Shown: positions 9,611 through 21,295 of the stretch, one piece after another | Layout: the number at the start of each line of letters is the position of its first letter | Numbering within the stretch: the stretch's first letter is position 1 | Assembly: GCA_038245785.1 (NCBI GenBank) | Contig: JBBRSB010000014.1 | Span: forward strand, 1 to 64,000 | Reading direction: 5' to 3' | DNA from: Gloeobacterales cyanobacterium | Lineage (GTDB): Bacteria; Cyanobacteriota; Cyanobacteriia; Gloeobacterales; PMM-0068 | Length of the DNA: 64,000 nucleotides | Position numbers and translations under genes: made by a program | Notes under the pieces: model-generated | Databases searched by the model: none | Told to the model about the DNA's origin: nothing | The model's input: only the letters and a program-made list of their open reading frames with translations

Positions 9611-12600
9611 TTATTCCTCTTCATCGTCATCGAGGCTCACTTCCGTGGTGGAAAGAAGACTCTCTTTTAAGTCCACCTCCGTGATGTAGGCCCCGATCCG
9701 AGGAGAAACCAACTCATCATCAATGATATTGTCCTCTTCATCTGTCTCTTCAAACTGGTCTTCGTAGGCGTTGAAGCCCGTACCAGCAGGAATCAGACGT
9801 CCGATGATTACGTTTTCCTTGAGCCCTCTGAGCCAATCAGACTTGCCTTCGATCGCCGCTTCTGTCAAGACTCTCGTCGTCTCCTGGAAGGAAGCTGCTG
9901 AGATGAACGAATCCGTATTTAGAGAAGCCTTAGTGATTCCCAAGAGAACAGGCGTGCATTGAGCAGGAGCCCCACCCGTTATCGCCATCGCTTCATTGAC
10001 CTGTTCCACCTGGCGCAGTTCGATCAGTTCCCCAGGCAAGAAGGTGGTGTCTCCACCATCATCAATCCGCACTTTAGAAGTCATCTGACGAACGATGATT
10101 TCGATGTGCTTCTCAGAGATGTCAACTCCTTGAGAACGGTATACCGACTGGACTTCATTCACTAAATAACGCTGGGCTTGGGCAATCCCTTGTTGAATCC
10201 CTTTCTCTTGTGCAAAAACGCTCAGGATGTCATGAGGATTGGCTGGGCCGTCAGTAATGGGTTCTCCCGCCTGAATGCTCTGACCGTCACTGACCACCAG
10301 GTTTTGGCCTGGGAGCAGAGAGTAATCAGTAACCGTACCATCGGTTTCGACAACCTTCACCTGGATCGTGTCATCCGGTAGCTGAGTGACTTGAATCGTG
10401 CCTGCACGCTGGGCCAGAACACACATTTCCTTGGGTTTACGGGCTTCTAAAAGCTCTTCTACCCGAGGCAAACCTTGGATGATATCTCCCGTTTTTGCCC
10501 GTTCATAGACCAGGAGGGAAAGGTTATCTCCCCGTTGAACCAGAGCCCCATTTTCCACTTGGAGAATAGCGCCCCCAGATACGAGATAAGGTCTGCCCTT
10601 ACGCACCGATACCGTATTCGCTCCCACCGCCACGAGTTGGCCGGAAAGTGGAGAAGACTGACCTTCTCCCAAAGTGTCAGCAGAACGGACGAGATCGCCT
10701 ACTTTGACGGTTGGACTCTTCACCGGAACTTCGGTTATATCATCATCGGTAACAATCAGAAGTCGGCGAACATTCTCACCAATCTTGGAGATGCCTTGGA
10801 CAACACCTTTGTGCTTAGCCTGAATTTCCGTGCTTGCTACTTCTGCACCAGGAACAATCATGTCCCCATCTTTAACCAAGATCTTGGTTTGGGTCTGGCC
10901 CTGAACAAGGTCTGCACTGACATCCCGACGGACCAACAGGGTTTCTAGAATGACCAGCTGGAGTCTGAGAATCTCCGCATCGTCAGGATCGGGGAGGAGT
11001 TCAATATCGGCAGAAAGTTGCTGAGAAGAAGAAGTCCCATCGGTAATTTCGAGGACCAACTGGGTTTTGACCAGATCCACCCCATCTACCGATTTGATCC
11101 GCTCTCCATCTTTGAGGGCCAAGCGCTGGACCCCTTTCAAACGAATGCTCAACCCTTCTTGAGATTCTGTCTCCTGGCTAGGAGCATCAGGCTCATTCGC
11201 AATTTGGTATTCCACCACCGGACGCAAGAGGGCAGCAGTGCCTTCGGGCGTCTCAATGATTTCCAAGTAGCGCAATTCACTGACGACCACGCCAGGAAGG
11301 ACTTCCGTCCCTGGTTGAATCAGCGTTTCCGTAGCAAATTTCAAATCGCTGGGACTCTCTAGAAGATGCAAGTCTCCAGGCTTAATCGAAATCTCACGCA
11401 GAATGTCATTGCGCTGACTGATGTAAACAATTCCCGAAGATTGGCAAACAATGTCTTTGACCACCGTCGTTCCAGCTTCTACAAATTGCCCATCTTCCAC
11501 TTCCAAGAGCGAGATGTCCTTATTCACTTCTCGGGTTTCTTCCGGAATCCAGAGGAGCGTACCGCCACTAACAACTTCGTACCCTTGCTTGGCCCGGCTG
11601 GTTTTGGAAACTTCCAAACCTGCGGCATAGCGGACCAATCCTCCCATCCGGGTGCGGTAGCGCTCATCTACCAGCTCCGCAACGGTCTGATGATTATTCA
11701 CCTTGTTGCCAGGCACGGCTTTGAGGGTAAATAGCTGACCGTTGGGAGCAATCAAAGAATAATGTTCTCTACCTTGGGAGTGCTCTTCGCGAACAGCCGC
11801 CTTATCAAGTAGAACTGAAGCAGTGATAATTTCTACTTCACGACCACCCTTGGTTTCCCGGTCTCTCAGGCGAACCTGTCCACCACGCTCACTGACCAAA
11901 CGGTTACGCGCAATCACACCCCCGTTTTCAACACGGTCTCCATTCTTAACCAGACCTTCTGCTCCAGGAGGAAGGTTATAGACTTCACCAGACAGCACCC
12001 ACAAGAGACCGGAGCGCGAGGCATAGCTGGTCTCGTTCCCTTGACGGTCAGTTTTCACCTCAGCCGTTAGGTCTGCAAACTGTACTTGTCCAGCAATGTC
12101 AGCCGCGACTTCCTTGGTCGCTTTTTCTGTTGTTTTACGAGAGGTTTTACTGGCAGCCGCGACTTCACCAATCATCTGCCCTTCTACTACAGTCTCTCCA
12201 TCTCGGACATAAATAGTAGAGCCCTGGTTAAACTCAATGGCCTGTTTACGGTTGCCTGACCCTTCGATGGTCATGGTTCCCAGTTGCTCGACCTGGAGCG
12301 CTTCATCTCCATGACGGGTACGGAAGGGACGGAAACGCAGCGTCTTGGAATACTTAACTTTTCCAGCAAAGGGAGCCTTGAGGACTTGAGCAATTTCCCC
12401 AGAGAACACCCCTCCCGTGTGGAAGGTGCGCATCGTCAACTGAGTACCAGGCTCGCCAATAGACTGGGCGGCAATGATACCCACGGCTTCGCCAATATCT
12501 ACGAGCTTGCAGTGTGCCAGAGACCAGCCATAGCAGAGGCGGCATACAGAACGGTTTGCCTCACAGGTCAAGGGAGAACGCACCCACATCGACTCAATAT

Positions 12601-13480
12601 TCATCGTTTCGATCCGGTCAATCAGGTCTTGATTGAAGATCGTGTTGCGGGTTGCAATTACTTCCCCTGTTTTGGGGTCTATCAGGTCACGGGCTAAAGT
12701 CCGCCCCAAAATACGCTCTGAGACAGCCATGACTACGCGGTCACCATCTTTCAAAGGGGTGACTTCTAGTCCCCGGTCTGTAAAGCAGTCCTCTTCCCGA
12801 ACGATCACATCCTGGGAGACGTCTACCAGACGACGGGTAAGATATCCAGAGTCAGCCGTACGCAGCGCTGTATCTACCAGACCTTTGCGGGCACCGTAAC
12901 TGGAGATGATGTACTCCGTAACGTTCAGGCCTTCGCGGAAGTTGGTTTTAATCGGTTGGTCAATGATTTCCCCTTGCGGATCAGCCATCAAACCACGCAT
13001 ACCGACCAACTGACGGACCTGAGACAGGTTACCCCGTGCTCCTGAAAAGGCCATCATGCCTACAGGATTCAAAGGATTGATGTTTTGGAAGTTCTCTTTT
13101 ACGTTTTGGGTGAGTTCTTCCGTCGCCCCAGCCCAGGTATCAATGACCTTCTGATAGCGCTCAATCTGGGTGATTTCGCCACGGGTATAGCGTTCTTCAG
13201 CACGTTCAATCTCCAGCTCAGCTCGCTCTAGAATCGCTTTCTTCTCTTTGGGTACTTCCAGGTCTTCTACTGAGATGGAAACCCCAGCCTTGGTAGCATA
13301 GCGAAATCCCAAGTCTTTCAAACGGTCTGCCAGGGTTGCTGTACGAGCTGTACCGTGGGTGCTAAAAGACCAAGCAATCAGCTTACCAAGACTCTTCTTG
13401 TCTACTTTGCGGTTAATAAATAGTGGACGAATCGCGCCCGGTTTTGAAGGACGCAGCTCGTTCTGATCAAATACGGTCAT
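9611..13480 (-). CDS. rpoC2: RNA polymerase beta' subunit (RpoC2)
   Basis: [47 protein letters not shown], large cyanobacterial SI3 insertion, [17 protein letters not shown]. Confidence 0.98.
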   Translation of the reverse strand: MTVFDQNELRPSKPGAIRPLFINRKVDKKSLGKLIAWSFSTHGTARTATLADRLKDLGFRYATKAGVSISVEDLEVPKEKKAILERAELEIERAEERYTRGEITQIERYQKVIDTWAGATEELTQNVKENFQNINPLNPVGMMAFSGARGNLSQVRQLVGMRGLMADPQGEIIDQPIKTNFREGLNVTEYIISSYGARKGLVDTALRTADSGYLTRRLVDVSQDVIVREEDCFTDRGLEVTPLKDGDRVVMAVSERILGRTLARDLIDPKTGEVIATRNTIFNQDLIDRIETMNIESMWVRSPLTCEANRSVCRLCYGWSLAHCKLVDIGEAVGIIAAQSIGEPGTQLTMRTFHTGGVFSGEIAQVLKAPFAGKVKYSKTLRFRPFRTRHGDEALQVEQLGTMTIEGSGNRKQAIEFNQGSTIYVRDGETVVEGQMIGEVAAASKTSRKTTEKATKEVAADIAGQVQFADLTAEVKTDRQGNETSYASRSGLLWVLSGEVYNLPPGAEGLVKNGDRVENGGVIARNRLVSERGGQVRLRDRETKGGREVEIITASVLLDKAAVREEHSQGREHYSLIAPNGQLFTLKAVPGNKVNNHQTVAELVDERYRTRMGGLVRYAAGLEVSKTSRAKQGYEVVSGGTLLWIPEETREVNKDISLLEVEDGQFVEAGTTVVKDIVCQSSGIVYISQRNDILREISIKPGDLHLLESPSDLKFATETLIQPGTEVLPGVVVSELRYLEIIETPEGTAALLRPVVEYQIANEPDAPSQETESQEGLSIRLKGVQRLALKDGERIKSVDGVDLVKTQLVLEITDGTSSSQQLSADIELLPDPDDAEILRLQLVILETLLVRRDVSADLVQGQTQTKILVKDGDMIVPGAEVASTEIQAKHKGVVQGISKIGENVRRLLIVTDDDITEVPVKSPTVKVGDLVRSADTLGEGQSSPLSGQLVAVGANTVSVRKGRPYLVSGGAILQVENGALVQRGDNLSLLVYERAKTGDIIQGLPRVEELLEARKPKEMCVLAQRAGTIQVTQLPDDTIQVKVVETDGTVTDYSLLPGQNLVVSDGQSIQAGEPITDGPANPHDILSVFAQEKGIQQGIAQAQRYLVNEVQSVYRSQGVDISEKHIEIIVRQMTSKVRIDDGGDTTFLPGELIELRQVEQVNEAMAITGGAPAQCTPVLLGITKASLNTDSFISAASFQETTRVLTEAAIEGKSDWLRGLKENVIIGRLIPAGTGFNAYEDQFEETDEEDNIIDDELVSPRIGAYITEVDLKESLLSTTEVSLDDDEEE

Positions 13481-13519
13481 GGTTTTCTCCGTAGAGTACG
13501 TAGATTGAGGGGAAGCAGA

Positions 13520-15352
13520 CTAAACCACTACTTGCAAGGTGTTTTGGACTACCTGGTTAAAGATGATGCGACCGACTGTGGTGCGCAGATGCTGGGAAAT
13601 GAGGTTGCCTTCCTCATCTTTGCGCTGACGGAGATCTTCGGCAGGATTTTCCGTATCTACTGGACCGTCGTAACGAACCCAGACCTTGGCATGGATATCG
13701 ATGAATCCTTGCTCATAGGCGATGATCGCATCTTCGGGACTAGAGAAATGTTTCCCTTCGCCTCGATGCGCATCAGGATTTTCTACGGTGAGATAGAAGC
13801 AGCCGAGGACCATATCCTGCGTCGGCGTGATAATCGGTCTGCCAGTAGCCGGGCTCAGGACATTGTTGGAAGCCAACATCAACATCCGTGCTTCTGTCTG
13901 AGCTTCCAGGCTCAACGGCACGTGGACGGCCATTTGGTCTCCGTCAAAGTCAGCGTTAAACGCCGTACAGACTAGCGGGTGCAGCTGAATCGCTCGGCCA
14001 CTGACCAGAATCGGTTCAAACGCCTGGATACCCAAACGGTGAAGCGTAGGAGCGCGGTTTAGGAGGACGGGGTGACCGGTGATTACCTCATCCAAGACAT
14101 CCCAAATTCTTGGATCATTGCGCTGGATCATCTTCTTGGCGGCTTTGATGTTGTTCACCAAACTGCGCTGGATCAACTTATGGATGACAAAGGGCTGAAA
14201 CAGCTCAATCGCCATTTCCTTAGGCAAACCACATTGGTGAATCTTGAGCTTGGGACCGACCACGATAACCGAACGGCCAGAGTAGTCAACCCGCTTACCC
14301 AAGAGGTTTTGACGGAAACGTCCCTGCTTCCCTTCGATAATGTCTGACAACGACTTCAAGGGACGATTGTTGGCACCAACCACCGTACGGCCGCGACGAC
14401 CGTTATCAATCAAGGCATCCACCGCTTCTTGCAGCATCCGTTTTTCGTTACGAACGATGATTTCAGGAGCGAGGATTTCAAGCAGTCTCGCCAGACGGTT
14501 GTTGCGGTTAATCACTCGGCGATAGAGGTCATTCAGGTCAGAAGTTGCAAAACGGCCTCCATCCAATTGGACCATCGGTCTGAGGTCAGGAGGGATGACA
14601 GGGATAGCTTCTAAAACCATCCATTCGGGCTTAGAACCGGTTGCAACAAAGTTGTCCATGACCCGAAGGCGCTTGATCAGCTTGGCCCGCTTCTGGCCCT
14701 TGGCCGTAGCCAATTCTTCGCGCAGGGTTTCTGTTTCTTTCTCCAGTTCTAGGTCCTGCATCAGGCGTTGAATCGCTTCGGCACCGATACCGGCCCAATC
14801 ATCTCCCATTTCAAGCGGAGAATCTTCCGTCCAACGCTGCTCTTCTATTTCTAGATACTGGTCTTCGGTCAGGATTTGCTTGTAGGTCAGGTTATCTACA
14901 TTGCCGGGATTCAGCACCACATAGGCATTGAAATAGACAATCTGCTCCACATCCCGTAGCGGCATATCCAAAAGGATCGCGATGTAGGAAGGGATGCCTT
15001 TCAGGTACCAAACATGGGTGACAGGAGCTGCAAGCTTGATGTAGCCCATGCGGTGACGACGGACCCGAGATTCGGTGACTTCCACGCCGCATCGCTCACA
15101 GACAATTCCCCGATGGCGGACTCGTTTGTACTTGCCGCAGTAGCATTCCCAGTCTTTGGAAGGGCCAAAAATACGTTCGCAGAACAACCCATCCATCTCT
15201 GGCTTGAGGGTCCGATAGTTAATGGTTTCAGGTTTAGTTACTTCTCCCACCAATTGACCATTAGGCAGCGTACGTTGCCCCCACACCATCACTCTCTCAG
15301 GAGAAGCGATCGCAATCTTGATGTAGTCAAACCGTTGTTCCAATTTAGCCAT
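13520..15352 (-). CDS. rpoC1: RNA polymerase gamma subunit (RpoC1)
   Basis: [13 protein letters not shown], zinc-finger Cys, catalytic NADFDGD; split beta' is cyanobacterial. Confidence 0.98.
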   Translation of the reverse strand: MAKLEQRFDYIKIAIASPERVMVWGQRTLPNGQLVGEVTKPETINYRTLKPEMDGLFCERIFGPSKDWECYCGKYKRVRHRGIVCERCGVEVTESRVRRHRMGYIKLAAPVTHVWYLKGIPSYIAILLDMPLRDVEQIVYFNAYVVLNPGNVDNLTYKQILTEDQYLEIEEQRWTEDSPLEMGDDWAGIGAEAIQRLMQDLELEKETETLREELATAKGQKRAKLIKRLRVMDNFVATGSKPEWMVLEAIPVIPPDLRPMVQLDGGRFATSDLNDLYRRVINRNNRLARLLEILAPEIIVRNEKRMLQEAVDALIDNGRRGRTVVGANNRPLKSLSDIIEGKQGRFRQNLLGKRVDYSGRSVIVVGPKLKIHQCGLPKEMAIELFQPFVIHKLIQRSLVNNIKAAKKMIQRNDPRIWDVLDEVITGHPVLLNRAPTLHRLGIQAFEPILVSGRAIQLHPLVCTAFNADFDGDQMAVHVPLSLEAQTEARMLMLASNNVLSPATGRPIITPTQDMVLGCFYLTVENPDAHRGEGKHFSSPEDAIIAYEQGFIDIHAKVWVRYDGPVDTENPAEDLRQRKDEEGNLISQHLRTTVGRIIFNQVVQNTLQVVV

Positions 15353-15640
15353 GACAGGGCTTGCTCCTTGTTGATGAACCTGTTAAACCGTACGTAGTGC
15401 CTGTTTATCGAAGCTCGAAGGCGAAAGTACACGACAAGAACACCGATGCCAACTCACGGGCCTATTCCTAGGCCGCGACGCATCAGTGCTAATGGTCAAA
15501 ATATGATGGAGAGCCTACTGTGAATGCTAAAAGACAAGCAGAAGCTTGGGCGAATGTCCAAGAACTCAGCGAATTCATATCTAGGTAGACCGTCCCTACG
15601 AAACCGATTCACGCGGATTGGTATTATATGTCGAATAATC

Positions 15641-15669
15641 ATCATACTGCGTGATCTGTCTATTGACAA
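15641..15669 (-). promoter_or_regulatory. sigma70-type promoter for rpoC1C2
   Basis: Minus strand TTGTCA-17 nt-TATGAT, ~290 nt upstream of rpoC1 ATG. Confidence 0.6.
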
Positions 15670-15677
15670 ATCTCAGA

Positions 15678-16331
15678 TCAGCTACTTTTGTACGCGACGA
15701 CAGCAAAAAAAGGGTCTTCTGTTTGTGCCCAAGGCATCCACCAAGCATTTGGGGCCGAATTCGACTGCGCATGAGCTTGGATATTCTCGAAGCCTCCAGC
15801 TGCTTGCACATAACGGGTCACCAAATCTAGCCGTTCCTCATCGCTTCGAGCACACCATGCTTGGATGGCTTTAGTAGGAAACATTCGATTAGAAAAACTA
15901 ATTACAACCAAGCCCCCTGGTTTTAGAATTCTGTGTACCTCCTGAAGCACTTCTACGGGCCGTTGTAAATATTGAATAGAGACTGTGTTTAAGACAACAT
16001 CAAAGCTTTGATCCTCTAGAGGAAGTATCGGGTTCTCATTTAGATTTTGAACGAAGTAGTCCTGAAGAACAGGATTTTGTGAAAGCTCTACGTTGTTCAT
16101 ACCATGGCCGACGACCCGCTTCGCCTGATAACCGGCCGGCAAGTGAGAAACCCAACTACTCATCAGGTCCAAAATTTCTGCTTGCGGAGGCAGAAGCTTC
16201 TCCAGGAGACCTTGAAGTTTGTCTACGAAAGATTCGTCTGTGTGATAAACCAAGCGAGGCACTTCGTAGAAAAGAAGGTCATTCGTTAAATCTGCTTTTT
16301 GAATTTCGTTGGGGGAAAGCATGGGCTTCAT
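15678..16331 (-). CDS. class I SAM-dependent methyltransferase
   Basis: FYEVPRLVYH, ILDLMSSWVSHLP, VHRILKPGG, SFSNRMFPTKA. Confidence 0.9.
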   Translation of the reverse strand: MKPMLSPNEIQKADLTNDLLFYEVPRLVYHTDESFVDKLQGLLEKLLPPQAEILDLMSSWVSHLPAGYQAKRVVGHGMNNVELSQNPVLQDYFVQNLNENPILPLEDQSFDVVLNTVSIQYLQRPVEVLQEVHRILKPGGLVVISFSNRMFPTKAIQAWCARSDEERLDLVTRYVQAAGGFENIQAHAQSNSAPNAWWMPWAQTEDPFFAVVAYKSS

Positions 16332-16452
16332 GAAATGGCACTACTCGCATGATAACAACTAAAAATAAGTCATGATGATAGTATTACTGTGACTTTGAGT
16401 TCATGCTTAGGGCAAAGTTAACGGACTGGCTGACAGTCGTGGCGAGGGGGAG

Positions 16453-17820
16453 ATGGAAGGGGTAGGCGGCATTTTGGTAATCTTGGCAGTCCTAGCCATA
16501 GGAGGCTTCATAGCTCCTTTGGGCGACCGGCTGGGGACCAAAATAGGAAAGAAACGTCTCAGCATCTTGGGACTGCGCCCTAAGGATACGGCAGTCGTGG
16601 TCACTATCGTGACAGGAGTGTTCATTTCAGGACTCTCCTTAGGTCTTTTACTGCTGGCTTCTGACCGGGTACGCATTGCTCTATTCCAAATTGACAAAGT
16701 CTTTAACGACTTAAGTAAAGCTCAGAAGCAGGAACAACTGGTCCAAGCTGAATTGAAAACCGCTAAAGAAGAACGGACAGAGGCTCAGGCCAAGCTTCAG
16801 GAGACTTTACGAGCGGCAGAGGCATCTAATCGCCAACGGATAGAAGCTCAGAAAAAGCAGCAAGTAGCCCTGAAGATCCTTCAGGAATCGCAGGCTAAGC
16901 TCAAAGCCGCTGATGTGCAGCTTCAAAAGACTAGACAGAGCTATGAGCAGGGTCAAAAACAGTTGCTAACCCTCAAGACTCAGGAACGCACGTTAGTGGG
17001 CCGTCTAGATAATAACCAAAAACAACTGGTCCAGTTAGGCACCCAACGGACCAAGCTTCAGAAAGACATCAAGATCCTAGGCAAAGGAATCATTGCGCTG
17101 CAAAAGCAAAACAGGGCTCTTGCTCAAGACACTAACAATCTCTATGCAGCGCTACGTAGAGGTTCTGTAATCTTTCAGGCTGGGGAAATAATTACTACGG
17201 CCCGTATTCAGGGAGGACTAAGCCCAAACCGCATCAGAGCGGCCTTAGATGTTGCACTTTCTCAGGCAGAAATAGAAGTCCGTAAAAGGGCAGAAATAGA
17301 GGGTCGCCAAAAGGGTATACGACCTCTTTATCCGGATCAGAGAGCTGTCCTGATAACGGCCAATGAGGCTGCACGATTGGTTACAGAACTCCAGAAACCA
17401 GGCGAGCATGCCGTACAAATTTTTGTAACCCAAAATGTTCTGCTAGAAGAAGCTATTCGCATACCCGTTGTGGGGAAAGTGTTTTCCAATCTGCATCTGT
17501 TTGATAAAGGTACGTTGATGGCTACCCGTGTTGTCAATCCAAAAGAAGATAAAGATAAACTGATTGACCAACTGCAAGGACTCTTTGATGAAGCGGGTTC
17601 CAAAGCGAGAAAAGCTGGAATCTTAGTCTTGTCCAATAACCAGGGCACTGTCGGTGGCATTCAACTTTCTTCTGTTCAACAGATGGTTGGGCAAATTCGT
17701 CAGATGGAAGGGACTGTAGTGCTGCAAGCACTCACAGCCGATGACACGTATACCTCTGGGCCGCTACAGTTAATGATTAATGTTATTCAAGATGGAAAAG
17801 TGGTAGGCCAAGTGAGTTAG
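16453..17820 (+). CDS. DUF3084 family membrane-anchored coiled-coil protein
   Basis: GGFIAPLGDRLGTKIGKKRLSILGLRPKDTA N-terminus, then a long coiled coil. Confidence 0.85.
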   Translation: MEGVGGILVILAVLAIGGFIAPLGDRLGTKIGKKRLSILGLRPKDTAVVVTIVTGVFISGLSLGLLLLASDRVRIALFQIDKVFNDLSKAQKQEQLVQAELKTAKEERTEAQAKLQETLRAAEASNRQRIEAQKKQQVALKILQESQAKLKAADVQLQKTRQSYEQGQKQLLTLKTQERTLVGRLDNNQKQLVQLGTQRTKLQKDIKILGKGIIALQKQNRALAQDTNNLYAALRRGSVIFQAGEIITTARIQGGLSPNRIRAALDVALSQAEIEVRKRAEIEGRQKGIRPLYPDQRAVLITANEAARLVTELQKPGEHAVQIFVTQNVLLEEAIRIPVVGKVFSNLHLFDKGTLMATRVVNPKEDKDKLIDQLQGLFDEAGSKARKAGILVLSNNQGTVGGIQLSSVQQMVGQIRQMEGTVVLQALTADDTYTSGPLQLMINVIQDGKVVGQVS

Positions 17821-18311
17821 CGCAAGTAAATAAGGCCGGAGATTACTGTCAGAAGGACAGCGATCCAGAAAGCAATCAGCGCATAGGGTAATTGCAGAAT
17901 AAGCATGGCAATAGCAACAATTTGCACAACGGTTTTGACTTTGCCCCAGATATTTGCTCCACTTACCGTTGGTTGATTCACCCGCCAGCCAGCAATCATC
18001 AATTCTCGCGCCAGGATAATGAATACGCCCCAGGCAGGAATCTGCCCTTTTTCAATCAGAACAAGTAGCGGTGCAAAGACCAAAAGCTTGTCTACCAGAG
18101 GATCTAAGAGTTTACCAAGGTCTGTAACCTGATTGAGCTTACGGGCTAGATAGCCATCTAACCAGTCAGTTGCCGCACAAACCAAAAAGATAGCGAAAGC
18201 CCATATCTGGCTAGCAGAATCTCCCAAGGTCAAGAAATAAAGAATAAAGGGCACTCCAAGAAGACGAGAAAGGGTGATCCAGGTAGGCAGGGAGATTTCA
18301 TTGCGGTTCAT
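17817..18311 (-). CDS. pgsA: CDP-diacylglycerol--glycerol-3-phosphate 3-phosphatidyltransferase
   Basis: TDWLDGYLARKLNQVTDLGKLLDPLVDK CDP-alcohol phosphotransferase motif. Confidence 0.94.
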   Translation of the reverse strand: MNRNEISLPTWITLSRLLGVPFILYFLTLGDSASQIWAFAIFLVCAATDWLDGYLARKLNQVTDLGKLLDPLVDKLLVFAPLLVLIEKGQIPAWGVFIILARELMIAGWRVNQPTVSGANIWGKVKTVVQIVAIAMLILQLPYALIAFWIAVLLTVISGLIYLR

Positions 18312-18393
18312 CCTTCCAGATATAACTCATGGGAAATACATGAGCACAAGCTGCAGAGTTGGCCACGAAACCCCAACGGCCTAGACTAAAGAA

Positions 18394-19767
18394 ATGACTA
18401 TCCTCCTCTGGCATCGCCGCGACCTCCGCCTCCACGACAACCTAGCCTTGCATGAAGCCATTAGCACAGGAAAGCAGCTGATCCCTTTGTTCATTCTGGA
18501 TCCTGGGATACTCAGCGCTGAAGATACGGCTCCCGTGCGGGTAGACTTTCTGTTGGCTAATCTCAACGCTTTAAAAGAGAATTATCGGGCGCTCGGAGGA
18601 GACCTGTTTCTACGACAGGGCAATCCCACAACCGTTTTACAGGAATTAGTGCAACAAGCAGGCATCGAAGAAATTCATTGGAATGATGATGTAGAACCAT
18701 ATAGCCGCAAACGGGATGAAACGGTTAGAAATGCTCTCCAAGCTTTAGGCATTCGCGTCTTCGTTCATCAAGACCAAATGCTTCATGGTCCTGGCACTGT
18801 TTTAACGCAAACTGGACAGCCTTATAGTGTCTACACTCCCTTTTGGCGCAACTGGATCAGTCAAGAAAAATGCAAACCATTTCCTACGCCAAAAGCTATC
18901 CATCTTCCAAAGTTAAGTCTAGAGATAGGGAATATTCCCACCCTCAAACAGTTAGGCTTAAGCAATGAAATTCCTTTGCCTGGGGCTGGAGAAAAAGCAG
19001 CTCTTACCCAATTAGAAAAATTTTGTTCTAAAGCTATCTTTGATTATGATCAGCAGCGCAATTTCCCTGCAGATGCAGGCACCTCTCAGCTAAGCATCTA
19101 TCTAAAGTTTGGCATCCTCGGAATTCGTACGGCATGGGAGTGTACAGAGCATGCCTTGCTCCACAGGCCAGCCATAGGAGTCACTACTTGGCGACAGGAG
19201 CTTTGCTGGCGAGAATTTTATAAGCATGTTCTTTTTTACTTTCCACGAGTGGCTGATGGAAACTATTTAATGCAGTACAACAATTTTGTATGGGACGAGA
19301 ATGAAGAGTATTTTGAGCGCTGGTGCGCTGGCGAAACGGGCTATCCAATCGTAGATGCAGCCATGCGTCAGTTGAACGAAACCGGCTGGATGCATAACCG
19401 TTCCCGGATGATTGTGGCCAGCTTCCTGACCAAAGATCTACTGATTCCTTGGCAATGGGGAGAGCGGTACTTTATGCAAAAGCTCCTTGATGGCGACCAA
19501 TCATCCAATAATGGGGGTTGGCAATGGTCTGCCTCAATGGGGACTGACCCAAAACCGCTCCGGATCTTCAATCCGATGACGCAAGCGAACAAGTTTGATG
19601 CCCAGACTACCTACATCCGTCGTTGGGTGCCTGAGCTAGAAAAAGCAAAAATTGTAGAAATACTGAGCAATAAAAATTTAGAACTCTACGGCTACCCTAA
19701 ACCATTAGTGGACCATGCTGTTCAGCAGCGTATTTATAAAGAACGATACAAAGCGGCCAAGAGCTAA
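18394..19767 (+). CDS. deoxyribodipyrimidine photolyase (class I CPD photolyase/cryptochrome family)
   Basis: WHRRDLRLHDN, YTPF, ELCWREFY, TGYPIVDAAMRQL, GWMHNRSRM, NNGGWQW, RIFNP. Confidence 0.93.
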   Translation: MTILLWHRRDLRLHDNLALHEAISTGKQLIPLFILDPGILSAEDTAPVRVDFLLANLNALKENYRALGGDLFLRQGNPTTVLQELVQQAGIEEIHWNDDVEPYSRKRDETVRNALQALGIRVFVHQDQMLHGPGTVLTQTGQPYSVYTPFWRNWISQEKCKPFPTPKAIHLPKLSLEIGNIPTLKQLGLSNEIPLPGAGEKAALTQLEKFCSKAIFDYDQQRNFPADAGTSQLSIYLKFGILGIRTAWECTEHALLHRPAIGVTTWRQELCWREFYKHVLFYFPRVADGNYLMQYNNFVWDENEEYFERWCAGETGYPIVDAAMRQLNETGWMHNRSRMIVASFLTKDLLIPWQWGERYFMQKLLDGDQSSNNGGWQWSASMGTDPKPLRIFNPMTQANKFDAQTTYIRRWVPELEKAKIVEILSNKNLELYGYPKPLVDHAVQQRIYKERYKAAKS

Positions 19768-19842
19768 TTTTTTGTTTAGAAATGGCGAGTAGACAAAGTT
19801 AATTTGTTAATGTTATGACTAACATTTATTTAATCCATACCA

Positions 19843-21288
19843 ATGGTCACCACTCCTCTTGTTGAAAAATATAAATATCAAGGCTTTTATGACGAAATGT
19901 TCACAGAAGAGGGGGTTCCGCGCCCTCACTACAAGCAGCTCGTACATTTTCTTGAGAGCCTAAAGCCTAGCACCCTGAAAGAGCGAGTCGAAGCTGCCCG
20001 CAAAGTGCTACTGACACGGGGAATTACCTTTGGCGTTTATGGCTCACAAGAAGGATCAGAAAAAGTCTTTCCATTTGATCCCGTTCCACGCATTATTCCA
20101 AAAGAGGAATGGGCGATTCTTGATGCGGGCCTTAAGCAGCGTTTGACCGCTCTCAATCTTTTTCTAAAAGATATCTACAACAAACAGAAAATTCTCAAAG
20201 ATAGAATAGTTCCTCGTGAACTTATTGAGAGTTCTACTCAGTTTCGGCGTGAATTTTGTGGGATGAAAGTACCCGCAGATGTTTACGTACATATTTGTGG
20301 TACGGACCTGATTCGTCATCCTGAAGGAGATTATCGGGTCTTGGAAGATAACCTCAGGGTTCCGTCTGGAGTTTCCTATGTCTTGGAAAATCGTCGGATT
20401 ATGAAACAGGTATTCCCTAGTGTTTTCGCAGACCATCGAGTTCGTACCGTCGTGGACTACCCCTCGCGTCTGCTGAATGCGTTGAGTCAGGTGCATCCAT
20501 CTCCATCGCCTACGGTTGTTATTCTTACCCCCGGAATGTATAACTCTGCCTACTTTGAGCATGCTTTTCTCGCCCTACAAATGGGTGTGGAATTGGTGGA
20601 AGGGCGAGATCTTGTAGTGGAGAATGACTACCTCTATGCCAAAACCATCTCTGGTCTACAGCAAATTGATGTTATCTATCGTCGGATTGATGATGACTTT
20701 TTAGACCCAGAAGTATTTCGTTCAGATTCTGCATTAGGCGTGCCTGGTTTGATGCGGGTCTACAAGAAGGGGAATGTGGTCCTTGCAAATGCCATTGGCA
20801 CAGGGATTGCCGATGATAAAGTGATCTATAAATTTGTCCCAGAGATCATTCGCTATTACTTAGGTGAAGAGCCGATCCTCAAAAATATCGAAACCTATCT
20901 CGCGATGGATGAGAAAGAAAAGAAATACATCATTGATAATATGGAGCATCTAGTGGTAAAGGAAGCCGATAATTCTGGTGGCTACGGAATGCTGATTGGT
21001 CCTAAAGCGACAAAAGCAGAACTCAAATTGTTCCGGGAGCGTGTGTTGGCGGATCCGCGCAAGTATCTTGCTCAGCCTGTGATTAGCTTCTCTCGCCATC
21101 CTACCTATATGGAAGAAGAAGAAAACTTCTATGGCTGTCACGTAGATCTGCGTCCATACATCCTCAATGATGGCCAAGAAATTTGGGTAATGCCCGGAGG
21201 GCTGACCCGTGTTGCCCTCAAGAAAGACTCGTTGGTGGTCAATTCTTCCCAAGGAGGCGGTTCTAAAGATACATGGGTTCTCGAATAG
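19843..21288 (+). CDS. circularly permuted type 2 ATP-grasp protein
   Basis: PFDPVPR, LEDNLRVPSGVSY, NSAYFEHAFLA, YRRIDDDFLDP, VVNSSQGGGSKDTWVL. Confidence 0.92.
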   Translation: MVTTPLVEKYKYQGFYDEMFTEEGVPRPHYKQLVHFLESLKPSTLKERVEAARKVLLTRGITFGVYGSQEGSEKVFPFDPVPRIIPKEEWAILDAGLKQRLTALNLFLKDIYNKQKILKDRIVPRELIESSTQFRREFCGMKVPADVYVHICGTDLIRHPEGDYRVLEDNLRVPSGVSYVLENRRIMKQVFPSVFADHRVRTVVDYPSRLLNALSQVHPSPSPTVVILTPGMYNSAYFEHAFLALQMGVELVEGRDLVVENDYLYAKTISGLQQIDVIYRRIDDDFLDPEVFRSDSALGVPGLMRVYKKGNVVLANAIGTGIADDKVIYKFVPEIIRYYLGEEPILKNIETYLAMDEKEKKYIIDNMEHLVVKEADNSGGYGMLIGPKATKAELKLFRERVLADPRKYLAQPVISFSRHPTYMEEEENFYGCHVDLRPYILNDGQEIWVMPGGLTRVALKKDSLVVNSSQGGGSKDTWVLE

Positions 21289-21295
21289 TAAATAG

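Noticed and set aside
9611..15352. Intein or intron in rpoC1/rpoC2
   Set aside because: Lengths are normal; the large RpoC2 insert is the standard cyanobacterial SI3 domain.
15524..15874. ORFs in the rpoC1 upstream region
   Set aside because: Overlap the promoter and methyltransferase end; no protein-like features and no rpoB similarity.
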